From the IMG/VR virus record IMGVR_UViG_3300028564_000002: a DNA stretch of 64,000 bases; one strand, written 5' to 3'. Numbering within the stretch: position 1 is the stretch's first letter; each line of letters begins with the position of its first letter. Under the pieces are notes generated by a model. The model made no database searches and was not told the DNA's origin. It saw only the letters and a list, made by a program, of their open reading frames with translations. This DNA is from an uncultured virus (IMG/VR IMGVR_UViG_3300028564_000002). Its lineage: Duplodnaviria; Heunggongvirae; Uroviricota; Caudoviricetes. Positions 1 through 12,259 of this stretch are shown here, piece by piece. Both the position numbers and the translations under genes were made by a program.

Positions 1-146
1 GCGTGAGAAAGGTCGAGGAACTCAACAGGTGTCAGGTCGATAACCCACACTTCACCCTTTACGGTAAAGCCCACCTTAAAAGACTCTATTTCGAGCCTCT
101 TGACATACTTCCAGAAATAACCAGCGATTGCACAATTTGTGTTCAT
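1..146 (-). CDS. Hypothetical protein, 5' part only (runs off the window start)
   Basis: ATG at 146 preceded by AAGGAG; open frame MNTNCAIAGYFWKYVKRLEIESFKVGFTVKGEVWVIDL to the window edge; lies downstream of two leftward promoters. Confidence 0.6.
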   Translation of the reverse strand, partial: MNTNCAIAGYFWKYVKRLEIESFKVGFTVKGEVWVIDLTPVEFLDLSH

Positions 147-197
147 AAGAACAACTCCTTTTCTTAAAATTTTGTAGCACCTCTTGACTACATTTAT

Positions 198-226
198 ATT
201 ATAGCATATTCAAAACGATTTGTCAA
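198..226 (-). promoter_or_regulatory. Sigma-A/70-type promoter, leftward
   Basis: Minus strand TTGACA-N17-TATAAT with extended -10 TG. Confidence 0.8.
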
Positions 227-292
227 TACCTTTTTTAAAATTTCTTGAATTTTTTTTTCAAGGTTTTTTCGTTTTGCCCTTGCCATGATTAT

Positions 293-321
293 AGTATAGC
301 ACTTAATATATAAAAAGTCAA
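293..321 (-). promoter_or_regulatory. Second leftward sigma-A-type promoter
   Basis: Minus strand TTGACT-N17-TATACT with extended -10 TG. Confidence 0.65.
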
Positions 322-540
322 CCGTTTTTTGAAAAAAGCCTTATATAAAAAATATATGTGCGGTATATGGTTTTATATATGGCGGGGCGGGTATACTCCA
401 TGTAATATTTTAATAATGTTATACGGGGGGTTGATTTTTTTTAACAATTGCGAAGAAATTCGCAAACCCCCGGGGCTAGTCCAAAAATTTCAAGGAGCAT
501 TTTTTTCTTCGAGGCCATGCCCGGCTACTGTCTCGATACC

Positions 541-569
541 TTGACTTTCCTCACCATCTATGCTATAAT
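541..569 (+). promoter_or_regulatory. Sigma-A-type promoter for the packaging/virion operon
   Basis: TTGACT-N17-TATAAT with extended -10 TG, 45 nt upstream of ATG 615, which has AGGAGGT at 601-607. Confidence 0.8.
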
Positions 570-614
570 AATATTGGAAATGAGAATGAAGCTCATTCCG
601 AGGAGGTAATAACT

Positions 615-1820
615 ATGCCAATGAGATTTAAACTTGACTTTACTCTTAAAACCTCCCAAGAAAGACTCAGCTACTTAAAGGAAAATGTTGATTTCGATTA
701 GCTAACCAAGAAAGACATTGAAACTTGTACGGACTATGTGTTGTATGGTAAGGACCCAGATAAGGACGATACCTCTATGGTAGACCGCAAAGAAATCTAT
801 ATCAAAACCCGTTACAACTCATATAATAAAACAGAACCCGTTTCTTTGGAAGGACTAATGGAAAATCCCGCATTTGACGAATCAATGTTGACGTAGGACA
901 GACACATTTACAAGAAAACCAAACCAACTATTGACAGAGAAAAATGTAAGGACATACCCGGTATGTAGGAGTTATGGGACGCCATAGATAAGCTTGACCA
1001 CCTGTTAAAGCTTGCTAAGGGTGAAGTGGAACCGCAGGAAGGCGAGTCAGTGCCCAACTACGATTCCAAGCAACTATACCATTTAAACCACCACCTAATT
1101 GCGCTAAGGAAACAGCAATATATGTTGAAAGACAGCGCATTCCCTGAGTTCATGGCGGCGAAGAATTACGGCTCATTTTACGAATCGCCCACTATGGCGG
1201 AGATGAACTATCCAGTGTTCCCTTGTGGGACTATGAGGTCTGAGAATGACCCTGACTTCATGAACCCAACTATTTCGCAGCGAGAACTGGTGACTAATGT
1301 GGAGGAGAAGATAGAGGAATTGAAGAAGGCGAACAAGCCTTACTTGAACTTTATGGATAAGAGCCACATTTATTAGCTGTGCCTGAACTATTATCAGATA
1401 AAGGATTAGGCTGAGAAGAACCCTGATTCGCCCCTAAACAACCTATTGTGGACGCTGGACTTTTACATTGAGAAGGCTAACCTGAGCGAACAATAGAGGC
1501 TGATTGTGGCGGCGAAGAAGGAAGGCCTATTGAATAAGGAGATATGTGATTTGTTGATGGAAAAGATGGGGATTTACCATCAAGAGAACTATATATCGAC
1601 TATATGGAATAAGGTATGTGGCTTAATCGCTGCCGCCGCCGACCTTAATTATGATGAATGGTGCTGTAAGGACTATAAGGCTGCTTGGAAGAAATGTAAT
1701 TGTTGTGGAAGATTGATGCTGAGAGACCCACGTAATTTCGTGAGAAAGGCTAAGGCATTGGATGGGTTGACTAACAGATGCAAGAAGTGTGATTAGAAGA
1801 AGAGAAGAGGTGAGATATAA
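615..1820 (+). CDS. Hypothetical protein with C-terminal HTH-like region and CxxC..CxxC zinc finger (401 aa, TAG read-through)
   Basis: ORF fragments 1026..1376 and 1506..1796 share a frame with ATG 615, are separated only by TAG, and end at TAA 1818-1820. The C-terminus contains KKCNCCG...RCKKCD. Confidence 0.7.
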
Positions 1821-2132
1821 GTGACGAGTATGGAAGCGAAACTAATGGAGTGTTTGACTGGATTTGATATGATGGACCTGATGGGGTTTGCGAGAATGTT
1901 GAAAGTTGATGGAGAGTGCGTGAAGAAAGCTCTCTGCTCCGCCGCCATGGCTCCTGAGAATCTGGTTGATAGGCAGGAATGGGAAGACTTTATTTGCTCT
2001 ATTGTTGAACAGTTTGAAAAGTGTAATAGAAAGCAAAAGAGAGAATTGTTAAAAATGGCGAAATAGATTGTGAAAGAAAATAAGGATGAAAAAAGTGGAG
2101 TAAGTGAAGAGGACATTCCACCTCAGGAATAA
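1821..2132 (+). CDS. Hypothetical protein (TAG read-through)
   Basis: GAGGTG RBS before GTG 1821; frame continues past TAG 2064-2066 to TAA 2130-2132. Confidence 0.65.
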
Positions 2133-2145
2133 GAGGTGATGAAAA

Positions 2146-3069
2146 ATGGCAATGAAAAAGTGCCTGTTGTGCAAAGAAGATAAAAGCACAGCGAATTATA
2201 TAGGATTACGTTCAGAACTATTGAACGGCTCAATGCCGATTTGTAGAAGTTGCATAGCTCGACTTTTAGGCGGCAAATCAGATGAATAGAGATGGAATAT
2301 GGCGAATAAGCTTTGTTAGCTTGCTGACGTTCCATTCGTTCCAGAAGTTTTCGAGAAGACCTATTAGGCTCATGGAACTGATGCTTTTGGAACTTATTGC
2401 TATATGTTTAGAGAGAAACCTTATGATACTCTTGACTGGACGGAATATAATAATGCTTATTTGATATTATAGGATGAACAGCGTGTTGAAGATGGACTCC
2501 CTGAAATAAAGGCAAGCAGAATTAATAAATTGCATAAGAGATGGGGACAAGAATATGATGAACAACAGCTTGAATATTTGGAGAATTTGTATAGTGGTAT
2601 TACACAAACTACTGGTATTGTTGGCGCTTTGAATGAAGACCAAGTATTGAAGTTGTGTAAGATTTCTCTGATTATTGAAGACAAGATAAGAAGCGGCATG
2701 GAGTTTGATAAGGATTTGAAGGCTTATGATAACTTGTGCAAACTTGCTGGTGTTACTACTCAGGCTATCAAGGAAGGTAGTGAGTTTAACTCTACTGGCG
2801 AGGTATTTGCTTATCTTGAGAAATTGGGCTATAAGATTAACTACTATGACGGTGCAGTAAATGATGAAGTTGACAAGACTATGAAGGATATACAGTATTG
2901 GTCAAGATATCTTTATATTAATGAAACTGCTATCGGGGAAGAAATTAAGGAACGTATTGAGAACTTGAAGACAGCAGATAAGATTACTAACTCTGGTTTC
3001 GACTGGGGCGAATATGAATCATTTGCTGACGATGTTGACGAGAACGAAGAGTTCAATATTGAAATTTGA
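2146..3069 (+). CDS. Zn-finger protein directly upstream of terminase; candidate small terminase or packaging factor (307 aa)
   Basis: ATG 2146 with GAGGTG RBS; N-terminal KKCLLC...PICRSC; joins ORF 2530..3069 through TAGs. The function is inferred from position only. Confidence 0.6.
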
Positions 3070-3080
3070 GGCGATGCGGC

Positions 3081-6000
3081 ATGACTATGAATATATTGTT
3101 GCCGTAGTAGATGATTAATGCTACTACTCAAATTTTAACTAAGGGTGAAGTTTTCTATCGTAATGGTATTGCCTTAGAGAAAGGCGCCGTAATAAGTGAG
3201 AAGAGAATATAGAAGAAGTAGAGACTGTATGAGCAGTATGCGGACTTGTTCTCTTCTTACCCCGACCTTTATTTGGAATTGATTAAACCAGTGGGGTCAA
3301 AATTTAAGTTGAAGTTCTTCCAAGTAATGTTTATCAGAGCGTGTCTACGCTACGGACGTGTGTTAACAATCGCACCGCGTGCCGCCGGTAAGTCGTTTAT
3401 ATGCATCTTGGCGCTGTATCTGATTTGTATATTCAGACCGGGAAGTCACGTTAATACTAGATAGCGCTGTCGTATTGTGAAGTGCGACAGATAAGATTGG
3501 TTAAAAGCTGGGAAATCCAAGAATTTAATATTACTACAAAGCACGAAATCCTGTGCTTGAATGTTGCGAAAGCAGAAATAAATATATTAAATCGACCTAT
3601 GGTTAAATCCTAAGGGTTTCTAATGGACAATCAGCACTAAAGGAGGAAAAGTAATGACTGAAAAAGAATTAAGAGATAGGATTTATAAGAAATTTGGTGA
3701 CATCAATTATGATATTATTACCTTTAGGGTAATGAGAGAACCTGCTGACTTTAAATGTTTGGATTGTGGAAATGTTGTTCACATGGAGCATTTACAGAAT
3801 TTGTTCAGAAAAACAAAAAGTGAGTTTTGTCCTTTCTGTGCTAACACTTATAAAGGAAACAAAATCGGAAAGAAGTTACCTTTAGAAGAAGCACAGAACA
3901 GATTAAAAGAAGCCTTTGATACTGAATACGAGATTATTCCTGATAAGTATTAGGGATGGTCACGAAAGGCGTTAATTAGACATACTTTATGCGGCAAGAT
4001 ATTCTCTGCTCAACCAAGAGATTTACTATATCACAGCCACTGTCCATGCTATACAATCAACTCAAAAGGAGAGTTAAAAATTAAAGAAGTATTGGATAAA
4101 TACGGCATAAAGTATGAACAGCAAAAACGTTTAGAAAACATCAAGAAAGCTCCATATGACTTCTATCTACCAGACTTCAATTTACTAATTGAATTTCAAG
4201 GTAGACAACACTATGAGTCAGTGAAAGTCTTTGGTGGAGAAAAACAATTTGCTAATCAGCAGGAAATTGATAAAAGAAAAAAGCAAATAGCTCATGAAGC
4301 AGGTATTGAGCTACTTGAAATCTCTTACTTAGAAAAGTCATTAATTGAAGAAATTTTAGTTCAACGACTATCCTTGACAGGAGTAGAGCCAAGTGGCTCG
4401 AAATGCCAATCGCCTCAAAATGAGGATTGATTTAGTCTGGTCTTATGCGAGAGTATAAGAAGGGTCTGCGTAACGAACAGACTCGCAACATTACGATTCT
4501 AGTGCGCCCCTGGTAAGGCTCAGGGTGCTAAAATTGCGAACCAGAAGATACATTAGCTTTGGGACTTCTTCCCGCTACTTCAAGACGAGATTATTGGTAA
4601 CGGTAATTTTGGTAATGACTATGTTTAGTTAATAGACATACATTTTGGTAACAAGATGAAAAAATAATGCTTTTAATTGCTGGGAAATCGTAAAGTCACT
4701 CTTGCTAAAGATATTTCCTCAAATATCAATGCGACGAAAGTAGAAATAAAAGAGTGAATGGCATATGGTTAAATCCTAAGTGCCAACAATTGATAATCAG
4801 CAGCCAAGGAGGAATATTATGACATATGAAGATTTTATGATAAAAATAAATAATAAATTTCCAGAAGAAGAATTTGAAGTAATTCAATGGGGAAAGAATT
4901 CTTCTGAGAATAGTATAATAAAGTGTTTAAACTGCAATAGAGAAATTACAGTTAATACTGGAGAGTTATTTAGGAAGAGAAGAACAAAAATTTGTTCTAA
5001 ATGTAATTATATTAGGAAGGATACTCTAAAAAATAGAGAAATAATTAAAGAAAAAATTGGAGACAAGGGATATAATATTGAATTTTATATGGCACAGCAA
5101 AGTAAAAATGGAAACAAAGGAGATAAGGTTCGTTTTACTTGCTCTAAATGCGAACGAGTTAATGAATTTTTTGTTGGTAATTTACTAAAAAATAATTCTT
5201 CTATTGAATGTCAATACTGCTCTGGTCAAAAAAATAAAAAAGACCATATTGCCTATAAATTTGAGTTAAACGAAAAATATCCCAACGCTTTTACTTTATT
5301 GTCTGATTATGAGGACATAGACAAAGAGATAAAAATTCGATGTAATACTTGTGGTTTTATTCGCAAGGTTAAACCTACAAATCTTTTACGTAATGGTTTT
5401 TGTCCCAAATGTGGTAAAAATAAATCGACAGGAGAAGCGAAAATATGCGCTTGGCTTGATGAAAACAATATAAGATATGAACAGCAAAAATATTTCAAAG
5501 ACTGGAATATTGGACTTCATTATTTTGACTTTTATCTTCCTGAGTATAATTTAGTGATTGAATATCAAGGTATTCAGCATTATGAATTTAATCCTTATTT
5601 TCACAAAACAATAGAAAATTTTTCTTATTGTAAGAATAAAGATAATATAAAGAAAAATGCGGCTATTGAAAATGGATTGAATTATTTAAGTATTAAATAC
5701 ACTTTATATCATAAAATTGAAAAAATATTAGATAATATTCTTAAAGGTTCAACGACTATCCCGCAAGGGAGTAGGGGCAAGTGCCTCGAAATGGAGCACT
5801 TCCAGTAGGAAGAAGATATAGTCTGAGCTTAATAGAAATATTAAGAAGGAAGAGTGTAACGAACTCTTTCGTAACAAAACTGAGATTAACTTTTAGAAAT
5901 AAGTCAGTGTTTGACGTTATGACACCACTTAACTCTACTCGTGGTAACCGTGCTACTTGTGGTATTTTGGACGAGTTCCGTGACCACTTGGCTGAGGATA

Positions 6001-7187
6001 TAAATGAGATTATTCTTCCTTTGTTGAACGTTGATAGACCTATGGTTAACGGAGACAAGAATGAGAATGAGCCTCAGCAGGTTCAATTATGGATAACCTC
6101 CGCCGCCGAAAAAGGCACGTTTTGTTATGACAAGACGATAGAGTTACTGGAGCAATAGATTATCAATCCAAAGGAAACATTTGTTTGGGGCTTTGATTAT
6201 CGTATTCCAGTTCTTACTGGACTTCTTTCAAAGGACTACCTTACTGAATTGAAAATGTCTCCAACCTTCAATGAACTTGGTTTTGCTAAGGAGTATATGA
6301 GTAGATTTGTTGGTGGTTCTGCCGACGCTTGGTTTGACTATGAGAAGCTAAGTCGAGCAAGGAAACTTGTCAATCCGGAAACATCCGAGAAAATTAGAGA
6401 TGGTATTGAATCGTTCTACATAATCAGTGTGGATGTAGCGAGACTTGGTTGTTAGACTGTTGCTACTGTCCTCAAAGTATTCCCTAACAACAGTGAGGGA
6501 TATAAGATTAATCTGGTCAATTTATTTGTTCTTGGTAGAACTAATCAAGAAAAGGTGTTTGATAAACAGGTTGTTGAATTAAAGCGACTTATCGCGGCGT
6601 TTAACCCAAGAGAAGTCGTAATAGATATCAACGGTCTTGGTGTTGCCTTTGGTGATGCTATGATTAAAGAAAGCACTGATGAAGAGGGTAATACTTATCC
6701 TGCTTATGGTTTCTTCAATGAGGAAAGTAAGTATATTGATATTCAGCCAAGAAATGCTATTAAGATATTATATGGTATTAAGGCTAACGGACAAATAAAC
6801 AGTGAAATGCACTCTGCATTATATGCAAAGATTTATTCAGGACACATGAAACTTTTGATTTCTGAACAGCACGCACGTAGTAAACTACTTGCTACTCGTA
6901 AGGGATAGAGAATGAGTCCAGAGGCACAGAACGCACGTTTAATGCCACATATTTTAACTTCAAGTTTGGTTAATGAGATTATGAATTTGAAGGTAAAGCT
7001 TACTGGTGTTAACAATCAGATTGCTGTTGAACAGATTAATAACAGAACATTGAAGGATAAATTCTCTGCACTTGAAATGGGAGTTTATCGTGTTGTTCAA
7101 ATTGAAAATAAAGAGCTGGCTCGCCGCCGTAATCGTGGCTTGAAGAGACAGCTTACATTCTGTACCAGAGGAGGTGGAAGAAGGTGA
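3081..7187 (+). CDS. terL: Terminase large subunit, spliced from exons 3081-3451, 4496-4625 and 5883-7187 (601 aa)
   Basis: Walker A-like IAPRAAGKS, Walker B GILDEF, motif WITSA, nuclease motifs ISVDVAR and IDINGLG, C-terminal KDKFSALEM. Exons join in frame as PGSHV/FQCAPGK and GNDYV/RLTFRNKS; several internal TAGs. Confidence 0.92.
3452..4495 (+). ncRNA. Group I intron 1 of terL
   Basis: The exon ends in U and the intron ends in G. Core elements: AAGCTGGGAAA (P), AATCAGCA (Q), TCAACGACTA (R), GATTTAGTCTG (S). The 5' ACTAGA can pair with exon 2 TCTAGT (P10). Removal restores the reading frame. Confidence 0.88.
3654..4430 (+). CDS. Intron-encoded homing endonuclease: zinc-ribbon repeats plus Vsr-like/DUF559-type PD-(D/E)XK domain (258 aa)
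   Basis: ORFs 3654..3953 and 4092..4430 are joined by a TAG; CxxC motifs; SKGE...PYDFYLPDFNLLIEFQGRQHY; AGGAGG RBS. Confidence 0.85.
4626..5882 (+). ncRNA. Group I intron 2 of terL
   Basis: P1: exon TATGTT pairs with GACATA giving a U-G pair at the splice site. P10: AGTTAAT pairs with exon 3 ATTAACT. Core: AATTGCTGGGAA, AATCAGCAG, TCAACGACTA, AAGATATAGTCTG. Terminal G at 5882. Confidence 0.92.
4819..5826 (+). CDS. Intron-encoded homing endonuclease: three zinc-ribbon units plus Vsr-like nuclease domain (335 aa)
   Basis: ATG 4819 after AGGAGG; repeated CxxC; STGEAKI...YFDFYLPEYNLVIEYQGIQHY; reads through TAG 5806-5808 to TGA 5824-5826. Confidence 0.85.
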
Positions 7188-8767
7188 GTGAGATAAAGGA
7201 AGTGACACCAGAAATGCTGAAAGCTCAACGTGTTGAAACTTTTAAGAAAGGTATTGAGAGCATGATTGCTAAGAGCCGTGCCGCCTTGGTAAAGTCGAAT
7301 AATCGTGAGCCAAGCGTGAATAGATTCAGAAGAGACTATTCAAAGGCAGAGATTCATCGTATTATCACAGAAGGAACTGCCGTAGAAAAGTCTATGTTGT
7401 CTGAATATTTCTTTTCAGTAAGTGGTGTTTACAAGCGTATTATTCTTCACTATGCTACCTTTCTTACCTATTCTTGGCTTCTCGTTCCTCATATGAATAA
7501 ATATGAAGATAAACTTAAAGAAAAGAAAAACAAGAAGATATATTTCGATGCCGCAAATTTCTGTTCAAATTTCGGCATCGAGAGAAAATGTGCTTGGTTT
7601 GCTAAGAATGTTCTTGTTGATGGCGGATTCTATGGAATTATCCATGATAGTGGAACAAGTATAGCAATTCAGGACTTACCATTCTCTTATTGTCGTAGCC
7701 GCTTTAAGAATCATTAGGATATTGATGTTGTTGAATTTGATATGCGTTTTTTTGACACAATTCGTGAAGAGGACTTACGTAAGCAAATTCTCAAAACCTA
7801 TCCGAAGATTGTTCAAAAGGGATATAATAAGTGGCACAGCGGCAAGACAGATGACCCTTGGATTTTCTTGCCAGTTGAGCTTGGTATTTATTTCACTTTG
7901 TTTGACGAGAGTCCATTCTTTCTTGATTTAATTCCTCTTATCGATGATTTAGAGGATTACAAGATGATTGATAAGCAAAGAAAATAGTTAGCATTAAAAC
8001 GTATTATTACACAAGAAATTCCACATGATGGTATGTAGCTTGTATTTGAACCAGACGAAGCTGCTGATATGCATGACGGTGTTCTGGAAATGTTAGCCGA
8101 TAACCCCGATGCCGATGTTATCACATCCTACGGTAAGGTTAACCTATTGGATTTGAGCGGAGATGGACAGCAAAATACTGACGTTACCGAAGCTCAACAA
8201 TTAATTTATGATTCTGCGGGCGTATCAAAGGAACTGTTCAGCGCCACATCCGATGCAGGCCTTCAATTCTCATTGAATAATGACCTTGCTATGATGATGG
8301 TTCTTGGCGAAGGATTTGCACACTTTTTTACTGCTTTGTTAAATAATAAATTTGGCAACCGTAAGTTGTCATTCAGAGTATTGATTCTTCCAATAAGCTA
8401 TTACAACAGTTATGAGTATACTTCAAAAGCTAAGGATTTAGCAGCATTTGGTTATAGCTTCTTGACTCCTGTTCTTTCAACAGGTATCGACCAGACAAGC
8501 CTTGCTGACCTTAAATCATTAGAAAATGATGTACTTGATTTGGATGAATACCTTAAGCCGCTCCAGTCAGCGTATACTCAGTCTGGAAAGACCAATGCTA
8601 TTACTGCTGAAGCAGGCAAAGCACCTGCTCAAAACCCAAACGATTCTACTACTGCTGAAAAGGATGAAAAGGAAAAAGAGAAAAAAGAATCCACATCCAA
8701 AGATGAAAGCAAAGCGAAGAAAAGCGACGCCGCAGAAAAAAAGAGTGACGGAGGTGAGGATAAATGA
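7184..8767 (+). CDS. Portal protein (527 aa, TAG read-through)
   Basis: Three in-frame ORF fragments joined by TAGs; directly after terL; typical size; SAGVSKELF motif and acidic/charged C-terminal tail. Confidence 0.8.
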
Positions 8768-10317
8768 AGCTTGATGAAAGTATGCTAAAGTTTAATGTTA
8801 CCATTTATGGTGATGTTGAGACTCTTTCTCCCACTCTTTCTAAGAGTAGATTACGAATTTTTTATAGGGGTCTCAATAGGAATCGTACATTTATATCAGA
8901 AGACTTCGCCAGACAATTGATTGAATCTTTACCATACGTGCCAGTTAAGGGTATATTTGATGGAGAGAATCTTGATTATGGCGACCACGGAGAGAAAAAC
9001 TCTGATGGACGTATTTATGGTATAGTTCCTGAGAATCCTAACTTTGCTTGGGAAAAGCACGTAGACGAAGATGGGGTCGAAAGAGAGTATGCTTGTGCGG
9101 ATGTTTATCTCTACACCGCTCTCTATCCAGAAGCAAACCTTATTTCTGGAAAGTCCCAATCAATGGAGATTCATAAGAAAGGACTTGACGGAGAATGGAA
9201 AATTTGGAGCGAGGATGGACAACCTTATTTCGAGTTCCAAAAAGGACATCTGCTAGGTCTTTAGGTGCTTGGCGATGAGGTTGAGCCTTGCTTTGAAGGT
9301 TCCGCTTTCTTTAGTCTGTATAAAGACGCTAAAGAAATGTTTGACTATCTAAAAAATTCTAAGGAAAAGGAGGAGAGCAAGAAAATGGAGAAAAATATCT
9401 TTAAGCTATCAGATAATGATAAGTGCAATCTTATTTTTGATGCGCTTAACACAACAGAAGATAGTTTTAAGTTAATTTGCAATATCTATGATGATTACGC
9501 AATTGCTTACGATACTGCCAATGGCAAGTATCTTCGTGCTTACTACACAAAAGATAATGAAGCAAATACTGTTACAATCGACAGAATTGAAGATTGTTAC
9601 ATTGTAGATGTTTCAGAAAGCGAGCTTAATGCTCTTAATGCTATGAAGGCAGTTGGCACTTATGCTGAGGTTCAGACTAAGCTTGAGGCTCATGAGGCTG
9701 AGATTGCTTCATTTACAGCTGAGAAGGAAAGTCTTAATGAACAGCTTACAAATGCTCTTGCTGAACTTGAAGAGTATAAGAAAGACGATGATGATGACGA
9801 GAAGAACAAGTGCGCTAAGAACGACGACGAGGATGACAAGAAAGACGGCGGCGAAGAAGGCGACGATGAAAAGAAGAAGGACGATGACAAGTCTAAGAAT
9901 TCTCTCGAAGAGACTAATAACGAACTTCAGGCATAGGTTGATTCTTACAAGTCAGAACTTGAAGAAAAAAATGCCGAAATTAGTAGATTAAATCAGTCTC
10001 TCATCGACATAAATAATGAAAAGTCAGAGCTGGAAAACTTTAAGAATACAATCGATACAGAAAAGAAGTCAGCTATTATTGATGAATTTTCTACTTACCT
10101 TAGCGATGAGCAGGTAGCAGAATTTAACAGCAAGATGAATGACTACTCTGTTGAAGATTTCAAAAAGGAAGTTTGCTTTGCTGCTTATAATGCAGATACT
10201 TCTGTTTTCTCAAAGAACAAGGACGAACAGCCCGACTTGATTTACAAGAGTTCAAACAAGGTTACAGAAACCGGTGCTCTTGCACTTTTAATTAAACACA
10301 AAGGAGGTAATAGATAA
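8764..10317 (+). CDS. Prohead protease/scaffold fusion (517 aa)
   Basis: ORFs 8764..9264, 9265..9936 and 10135..10317 share one frame, split by TAGs. N-terminal NRNRTFIS..DHG..QSMEI..LGDEVEPCFEGS protease-like region; C-terminal coiled coil with a D/E/K low-complexity tract. Confidence 0.75.
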
Positions 10318-11033
10318 TGGCATTTGTTAAATTTGACCGCGGTCTTTTCCGCAACGGTAACTCTGCTAAGGGTCTCAGCTATGGCCAGATTGAACCTAAC
10401 CAGGTTTGGTTCGATAGAGCTGGTATGGTTGAAGCACAGTGCAAGCTTGATACAAATGATTTTGCTGACACACAGGTTGCTCCACTCACAGTTAGCGGCA
10501 AGATAGGCGCAGCAACAACAACTAATAAGATTGTAGCTCAGAACGGTGCTTTCCTTCAGGTTGATAAGGCAAGCTATACAGTTTCAATTCCTACAAAGGC
10601 TGGTAAAACAGCAGGAATGCCAGTAGGTATTAACTACTCAACAGAAAAACTTTATGACCAGTTTAATCCTCAGAGAAGAAACTTCTTCCTCACAACAAAC
10701 GATTGGCTTCCAAGAATTGGTTACGTTGAGAGAGGTATGAGAATCACAACTAATGCAGTTCAGTGGGATACAGATTTTGATGAACCAGCAGACTTTTCTG
10801 GCTTTACAACAACTGCTGATTCACTTCAGGTATGGCAGGCAGTTCAGCAAATTATTGCTCAGAAGGGCGTTGTCTACGCAGCAGTTCGTGATGGTTCAGA
10901 TGGTGAGTTCGTAATTGGTGTTACACCTGACGCAACTGAAGATATTATCCTTGCACAGGTTGTAGCAGCATACACAAACGCTGACAGAACTTGCTCATTT
11001 ATGTTCCAGATTCTCGACGGCGGCACTAAGTAA
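10317..11033 (+). CDS. Capsid-associated (decoration/cement-like) protein
   Basis: Intact 238-aa ORF between scaffold and capsid genes, with strongly biased codon usage; the function is inferred from synteny. Confidence 0.6.
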   Translation: MAFVKFDRGLFRNGNSAKGLSYGQIEPNQVWFDRAGMVEAQCKLDTNDFADTQVAPLTVSGKIGAATTTNKIVAQNGAFLQVDKASYTVSIPTKAGKTAGMPVGINYSTEKLYDQFNPQRRNFFLTTNDWLPRIGYVERGMRITTNAVQWDTDFDEPADFSGFTTTADSLQVWQAVQQIIAQKGVVYAAVRDGSDGEFVIGVTPDATEDIILAQVVAAYTNADRTCSFMFQILDGGTK

Positions 11034-11055
11034 TTAAAGGAGAGGTGAGAAAGTA

Positions 11056-12189
11056 ATGAATAAAAATGATATCAGAGACCTTTACATTCATGCATTCAAG
11101 GGCACTTCCCCTGACGTTACACGTTTCAGTGTTGCTGACGTAAAGGACACTTTAGTTGAAGAGCTTCGTGCTCTTGCACCTAACAAATATGAATATGAAA
11201 AGAATAAGCTTGACATTTTCCAGATTGTTCAGGAAACATTTGATGAAGTTCTTCCTTCATATGTTGGTAACTTCATTGGTCAGTTTGCTGAAATCAAGTC
11301 AGTTGGTAATGGTCAGAGAGCTTCATTCATCGTTAAGAGAGGTCGTAGACGTGCTAAGACATTCGTTACAGAAGTAGGTCTTGCAGGTGTATACGAGGCA
11401 TTCAGACTTGACGTTGACACCTTCGAAGTAAGTGCTAAGGCTTACGGTGGAGCTGCTTACGTTGACTTCGAAAGAATGCTCGACGGTTCAGAAAACCTCA
11501 CAGAACCACTTCAGCTTCTTCTTGAAGGTCTTGAAGAGGCTATTTACAGAGAACTTCTTAAGGCACTTATCGCAGCAACAACTAACAGCGATATGCCAGC
11601 AGCTAACAAGGTTACTACAAACACATTTGACCCAGAGGCAATGCAGAGACTTTGCACAATCGCTAAGAACTATGGCGGTGGCTCAGCAGTAATTTTTGCT
11701 TCACCTGAGTTCGTTCAGTCAATGGGTCCTGATGCAATTGGTATGCCTGTATATGGTCTTGGTGCAAGCGGTGTTGCTCCTACTACCCCAGCTTAGGCAG
11801 GTTATGCAACACCTGTTTACAATCCTAACGATATTGCTTCAATTGCAGCAACAGGTTATATCACAATGTTCCGTGGAACTCCTATTGTTCAGCTTCCACA
11901 GGCATTTACTGATGAAGAGAATAATGAATATCAGACACCTACTGATACAGCATTCATCTTCCCTGCTGGCAACCAGAAGATTATCAAGGTTGTATTTGAA
12001 GGTCAGACAGACGTAAGAGACTGGCAGCACAGAGACCGTCAGATGGAGATTGAAATCTATAAGAAGTTCGGTGTAGCTATACTCACTACAAATGACTGGT
12101 GCGTATATAAGAACACAACTCTTACAACTCAGTATCCATATGCAAGCCCTGACAGAAGCGGCAATCCACACAACGGTATTTACAGATAA
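11056..12189 (+). CDS. Major capsid protein (377 aa, one TAG)
   Basis: ORFs 11056..11796 and 11866..12189 are joined by one TAG; HK97-like size and position; FRGTPIVQLP motif; followed by a terminator. Confidence 0.8.
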
Positions 12190-12202
12190 TAAAAACGATA
12201 AT

Positions 12203-12237
12203 ACGGTGGGTGAGAAATCTCACCTGCCGTTTTTATT
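12203..12237 (+). terminator. Intrinsic terminator after the capsid gene
   Basis: Hairpin ACGGTGGGTGAG-AAAT-CTCACCTGCCGT followed by TTTTATT. Confidence 0.8.
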
Positions 12238-12259
12238 GAGATAAAAGGAGGAAATAAAA

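Noticed and set aside
329..544. 71-aa ORF on the plus strand
   Set aside because: TTG start with no RBS, atypical composition, and it lies in the divergent promoter region.
5781..5882. N-terminal part of track ORF 5781..6158
   Set aside because: This is intron core sequence; the coding exon begins at 5883.
9653..9991. Alternate-frame and antisense ORFs rich in Ser/Arg/Thr
   Set aside because: Shadows of the D/E/K low-complexity tract of the scaffold gene; the same applies to most short overlapping ORFs in the track.
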